Source: a virus
Taxonomy: Duplodnaviria > Caudoviricetes
Reading direction: 5' to 3' (one strand)
Length of the DNA: 64,000 nt
IMG/VR virus record: IMGVR_UViG_2597490280_000001
Positions within the stretch are counted from its first letter, which is position 1. Each line of letters begins with the position of its first letter. Below are positions 61,044-64,000 of the stretch, in pieces. The position numbers were made by a program, and so were the translations under genes. Under the pieces are notes generated by a model. The model saw only the letters and a program-made list of their open reading frames with translations. It was not told where the DNA came from and did no database searches.

Positions 61044-63185
61044 TTATCCTTTAAGTTTTATTTTAATATATTCTTCAAGACTTAAACTCAGGTTATTATC
61101 AATATTATACTTACCATATTCAGCCAAAAATTCATCTGAATATTCAGGATTATCAACACTAAGTTTTGAGAATGGAGAAACTATAAGATTAATCACTTGA
61201 GCATCTGTCGTGATCAAATCTGTCACAGACTCCCTATTATCTATAAAAATGGGAGCACTTACGCCGTAGTGACTGGATATTGTATTAATAATATCAATAC
61301 CGGCATTTATTTTTTTCGCATGGTTAAGATCTCCAAACGGCACACCATCAACCATGGTAATGCATGTAGGTTTTACTTCACCATCACCAAGATTTATATC
61401 AAAAAACTTAAACCTTACTAACTTAAAATGCTTCGCTACTAACTCTTCGATTATTTTAGCTTTATCTCTTTCAAAAAATCCGATTAGGGTTAATCTCCTT
61501 TGAATTTCAGCTACCTCCTGACCCCATAAAATTCCTTCGCTATTGATTTCTTCCTTACGTGCCAAAGCTTTAATTCTAACCTCACCGGACATGGATTTCC
61601 GTCTTAAGCTCTCAAGATCAGCGTTAATTAATGCTTTTTTAACCCTAAGATCCTGTATTACTTTATTAACTGATTCATCAGTTATAACCTCAAGCTGTTT
61701 CAATTTTAATGATGAAATTTCATCACTATTTGCTCTATAAATCTTATCCACAAATACACGCTCCTCAGTTGTTGTAATTTTCACTGATTCGAGATCTGGA
61801 TCTGGCATATCTAACAATCTCGATTCTATTTCATTTTTTTCAACAACTATTTCATCTCGTCTATCAGATAATTGCTTCTTATAGATATCATGCAAATCTG
61901 TAAGTTCTTTTATTTCAGATTCTGATTTCTCCTTTAATTCTTTTAAAGTCTTTCCTTTCTGCTCTATAGCATCTAAATCGGTATTCATAACTTTATAAAA
62001 AGAAACCCGCATTTCTTCTCGCTTCTCTTTAACTTTATTTGGATCAGAAGGTAATTCACCACAATACTTACAGATAAATGAATTGTCATTTACATCAAAT
62101 TTTTGAGAATTTTTATCATCAAACTGTTCGACTAATAAAAGTAAATCAGCGGAGATTTTTTCAACTTCCCTATTTAACAAATTAACTTTTCCTGGAGTAG
62201 ATTCTGCTGAAACAATTTCAGCATCAAGCTTTGTTAATTTTAAGTTGATCTCAGATAATTCCTTATTTAAATTATCCCATTCAGATCTTGCCCCCATCAG
62301 TGCTTTTTCATAAGCCAGTTTGTGAGTATTCAAAATCGTGAGATTCTCTAATTCCTTTTCATGAATTTGATTGATAAGATTTTTTTTAGCATCATTTTTA
62401 GCATTATCTACTGTATTACTATCCAAGATCTTATCTTCCAACTCTTTATATTTAGTCTCATTGAATTTAATTTCAACAGACAATGCTTCTGTATCAAATT
62501 CCTCAGGAATATTATGAAGAGCCTCCTCAATACGTACCGAAATTCTATTAATGTCTTTTTGAACCTCAGCTTTACGATTTTTGAGTTTAGATTTTAAACC
62601 ATTTAGCGTAATGAGATTTATCTCATCAATAAGTTCATTATATTTACTTTTACTTTTAGCTATATCTTCATCAGACTTTGTTCCGCAAATAGCCTCAATA
62701 TACTTTCTGCGTATTTCTTGATCTAATGAATTGAAATGAAATGGATCAGTAATCATTTTAAAAGTCTCTTCGGAAATAATACTTCCAATCTCAGATTTAT
62801 ACTCCCCTGCTTTTCTAACAAGATCATTTATTCTGTAGATATTAGTGTGACCGACCAATCGATCCACACCATCTTCCGTTTTCCAATTTTCTACCTGAGA
62901 ATGAAATGTTTTTAACTGTTTACCATTATTATCAAATTCACCCTCAACTGATGCAGAAGCATTTTTAATCGACACACCATCTTTGTTTAAATGCTTCTTA
63001 GTAAAATCACTGTTGTTTTCAGCATTTTTGTCCTCAAGCATAAATTTATACCCATGGATTAATGTTGTTTTCCCAGTTCCATTAGCACCGTAAACGTTTG
63101 TAATTTTTGGACCGAATTCAATTTTTCTATTCTCAAACCCCATAAAGTTTGCGAACTGTAACCAGTTTAATGTTAATTTTTGCAT
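61044..63185 (-). CDS. Rad50/SbcC-like ATPase
   Basis: Walker A GANGTGKT, long coiled coil, CKYC hook, PIFIDNRES Walker B. Confidence 0.85.
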   Translation of the reverse strand: MQKLTLNWLQFANFMGFENRKIEFGPKITNVYGANGTGKTTLIHGYKFMLEDKNAENNSDFTKKHLNKDGVSIKNASASVEGEFDNNGKQLKTFHSQVENWKTEDGVDRLVGHTNIYRINDLVRKAGEYKSEIGSIISEETFKMITDPFHFNSLDQEIRRKYIEAICGTKSDEDIAKSKSKYNELIDEINLITLNGLKSKLKNRKAEVQKDINRISVRIEEALHNIPEEFDTEALSVEIKFNETKYKELEDKILDSNTVDNAKNDAKKNLINQIHEKELENLTILNTHKLAYEKALMGARSEWDNLNKELSEINLKLTKLDAEIVSAESTPGKVNLLNREVEKISADLLLLVEQFDDKNSQKFDVNDNSFICKYCGELPSDPNKVKEKREEMRVSFYKVMNTDLDAIEQKGKTLKELKEKSESEIKELTDLHDIYKKQLSDRRDEIVVEKNEIESRLLDMPDPDLESVKITTTEERVFVDKIYRANSDEISSLKLKQLEVITDESVNKVIQDLRVKKALINADLESLRRKSMSGEVRIKALARKEEINSEGILWGQEVAEIQRRLTLIGFFERDKAKIIEELVAKHFKLVRFKFFDINLGDGEVKPTCITMVDGVPFGDLNHAKKINAGIDIINTISSHYGVSAPIFIDNRESVTDLITTDAQVINLIVSPFSKLSVDNPEYSDEFLAEYGKYNIDNNLSLSLEEYIKIKLKG

Positions 63186-63202
63186 GCTATATATATAATA
63201 AA

Positions 63203-63219
63203 GTTTAGTATAACTAATC
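63203..63219. promoter_or_regulatory. 17-bp operator-like palindrome, copy 9
   Basis: GTTTAGTATAACTAATC upstream of the recombination operon. Confidence 0.7.
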
Positions 63220-63226
63220 CATTTGT

Positions 63227-63394
63227 TTAAAAAAACTTCCTCGCCATTTTTAGAAATACAGTTCTCTCTACCCTTACTAATTCAGGTTGAACCAAAAAAT
63301 AAAGAGAAACAATTTTTAATAAGGTTGAAATGACGAATAGCATTAATCCCACCAATAATAGTGGACTGATCAATATGAAAACTACTTTTTTCAT
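63227..63394 (-). CDS. small membrane protein
   Basis: MKKVVFILISPLLLVGLMLFVIS... Confidence 0.5.
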   Translation of the reverse strand: MKKVVFILISPLLLVGLMLFVISTLLKIVSLYFLVQPELVRVERTVFLKMARKFF

Positions 63395-63458
63395 CTGGCT
63401 ATAATTATTTGTTATAAAATTAGTTTTGGCTAAAAAAACCAATCCCTTACCTTAATTG

Positions 63459-63530
63459 TGGAGATAACTGGAATCGAACCAGTCCACATGGATTTTCAGT
63501 CCACCGCTCTACCAACTGAGCTATATCTCC
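63459..63530 (-). tRNA. tRNA-Phe(GAA)
   Basis: GGAGATA acceptor stem, D arm GCTC/GAGC, anticodon loop CTGAAAA, T loop TTCGATT; CCA not encoded. Confidence 0.9.
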
Positions 63531-63609
63531 AAATTTCCTTCATAATAAACCGTGGAGAAACGGAGAGAATCCCCACGGCAGCCATTATTAACCTAAATTA
63601 TGAAAAGAG

Positions 63610-63679
63610 AAAAAGGGCACGGAATCGAACCGCGATCTTGTGGTCTTAACAACATGTAATACCATTATACTATCCCTAT
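63610..63679 (-). pseudogene. degenerate tRNA-like element
   Basis: TAGTATAATGGT D-region and GGTTCGATTCC T arm; defective acceptor and anticodon stems. Confidence 0.5.
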
Positions 63680-63703
63680 TTATTCACCGCTCCTTACGTA
63701 GGA

Positions 63704-64000
63704 TTAATCTTCTCGAAAACGGGGAGTACTTTTAAAATATTCATTAACATAATGAGGTGATTCAATACCTTGCTCATTTATTAATCCAACACTTTCTTTT
63801 AAAATCAGATCACTTTGATCAGAAGGATTCTCCTTCAATAAAAATGATAATGCATTTATTATTGTCACTCTAGTAACCTTAATTCCTGAAATTCTTGTTA
63901 CACGATCTGCCAACATATTATATGCACCGTAGTAGCTTAAATTCGACAAAACCCAGTTTTGCACTAGACAACGCGGTACTTTTTCAAAAGAAATGTCCAT
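63704..64000 (-). CDS. hypothetical protein (may extend past the window edge)
   Basis: 98-aa ORF at the window edge. Confidence 0.5.
   Translation of the reverse strand: MDISFEKVPRCLVQNWVLSNLSYYGAYNMLADRVTRISGIKVTRVTIINALSFLLKENPSDQSDLILKESVGLINEQGIESPHYVNEYFKSTPRFRED

Noticed and set aside
63458-63649. 63-aa plus-strand ORF
   Set aside because: It is the antisense reading of tRNA-Phe and the tRNA-like element
1-64000. Stop-codon reassignment as in some crAss-like phages
   Set aside because: Long genes are intact in the standard code, and TAA, TAG and TGA all end coupled genes
1-64000. Integrase or att sites defining prophage boundaries
   Set aside because: No recombinase or host housekeeping genes seen; temperate lifestyle is inferred only from the antirepressor, operators and morons

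Overview
The whole window is one Bacteroidota-infecting, podovirus-type phage or prophage segment read in the standard genetic code. Host assignment rests on TAnnTTTG/TTTG promoters, PcfJ/PcfK, Hc1 and DUF5977-like content. Left to right it holds: a lysis cassette (u-spanin-like, holin-like, amidase); tail fibre and tail genes; an antirepressor operon with a P1 c4-like antisense leader; two moron genes; internal virion proteins including a 2422-aa polyvalent protein; tail stabiliser and ring proteins; capsid, scaffold, portal and terminase; a Tad2/Acb2-like anti-defence cluster; an AT-rich origin-like non-coding region; early genes; a replication/recombination module (DnaB, RecT-like, MBL, Rad50-like); and tRNA-Phe. 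The most striking element is an atypical diversity-generating retroelement (DGR) at about 52.96-55.25 kb. One 74-nt template repeat matches variable repeats inside two small tandem non-tail genes, with mismatches almost only at adenines. There is no avd gene, the template is enclosed by an inverted repeat, and a small ORF overlaps the end of the RT. A 17-bp operator-like palindrome recurs at least 9 times. All protein family calls come from motif recognition by eye, not database searches.
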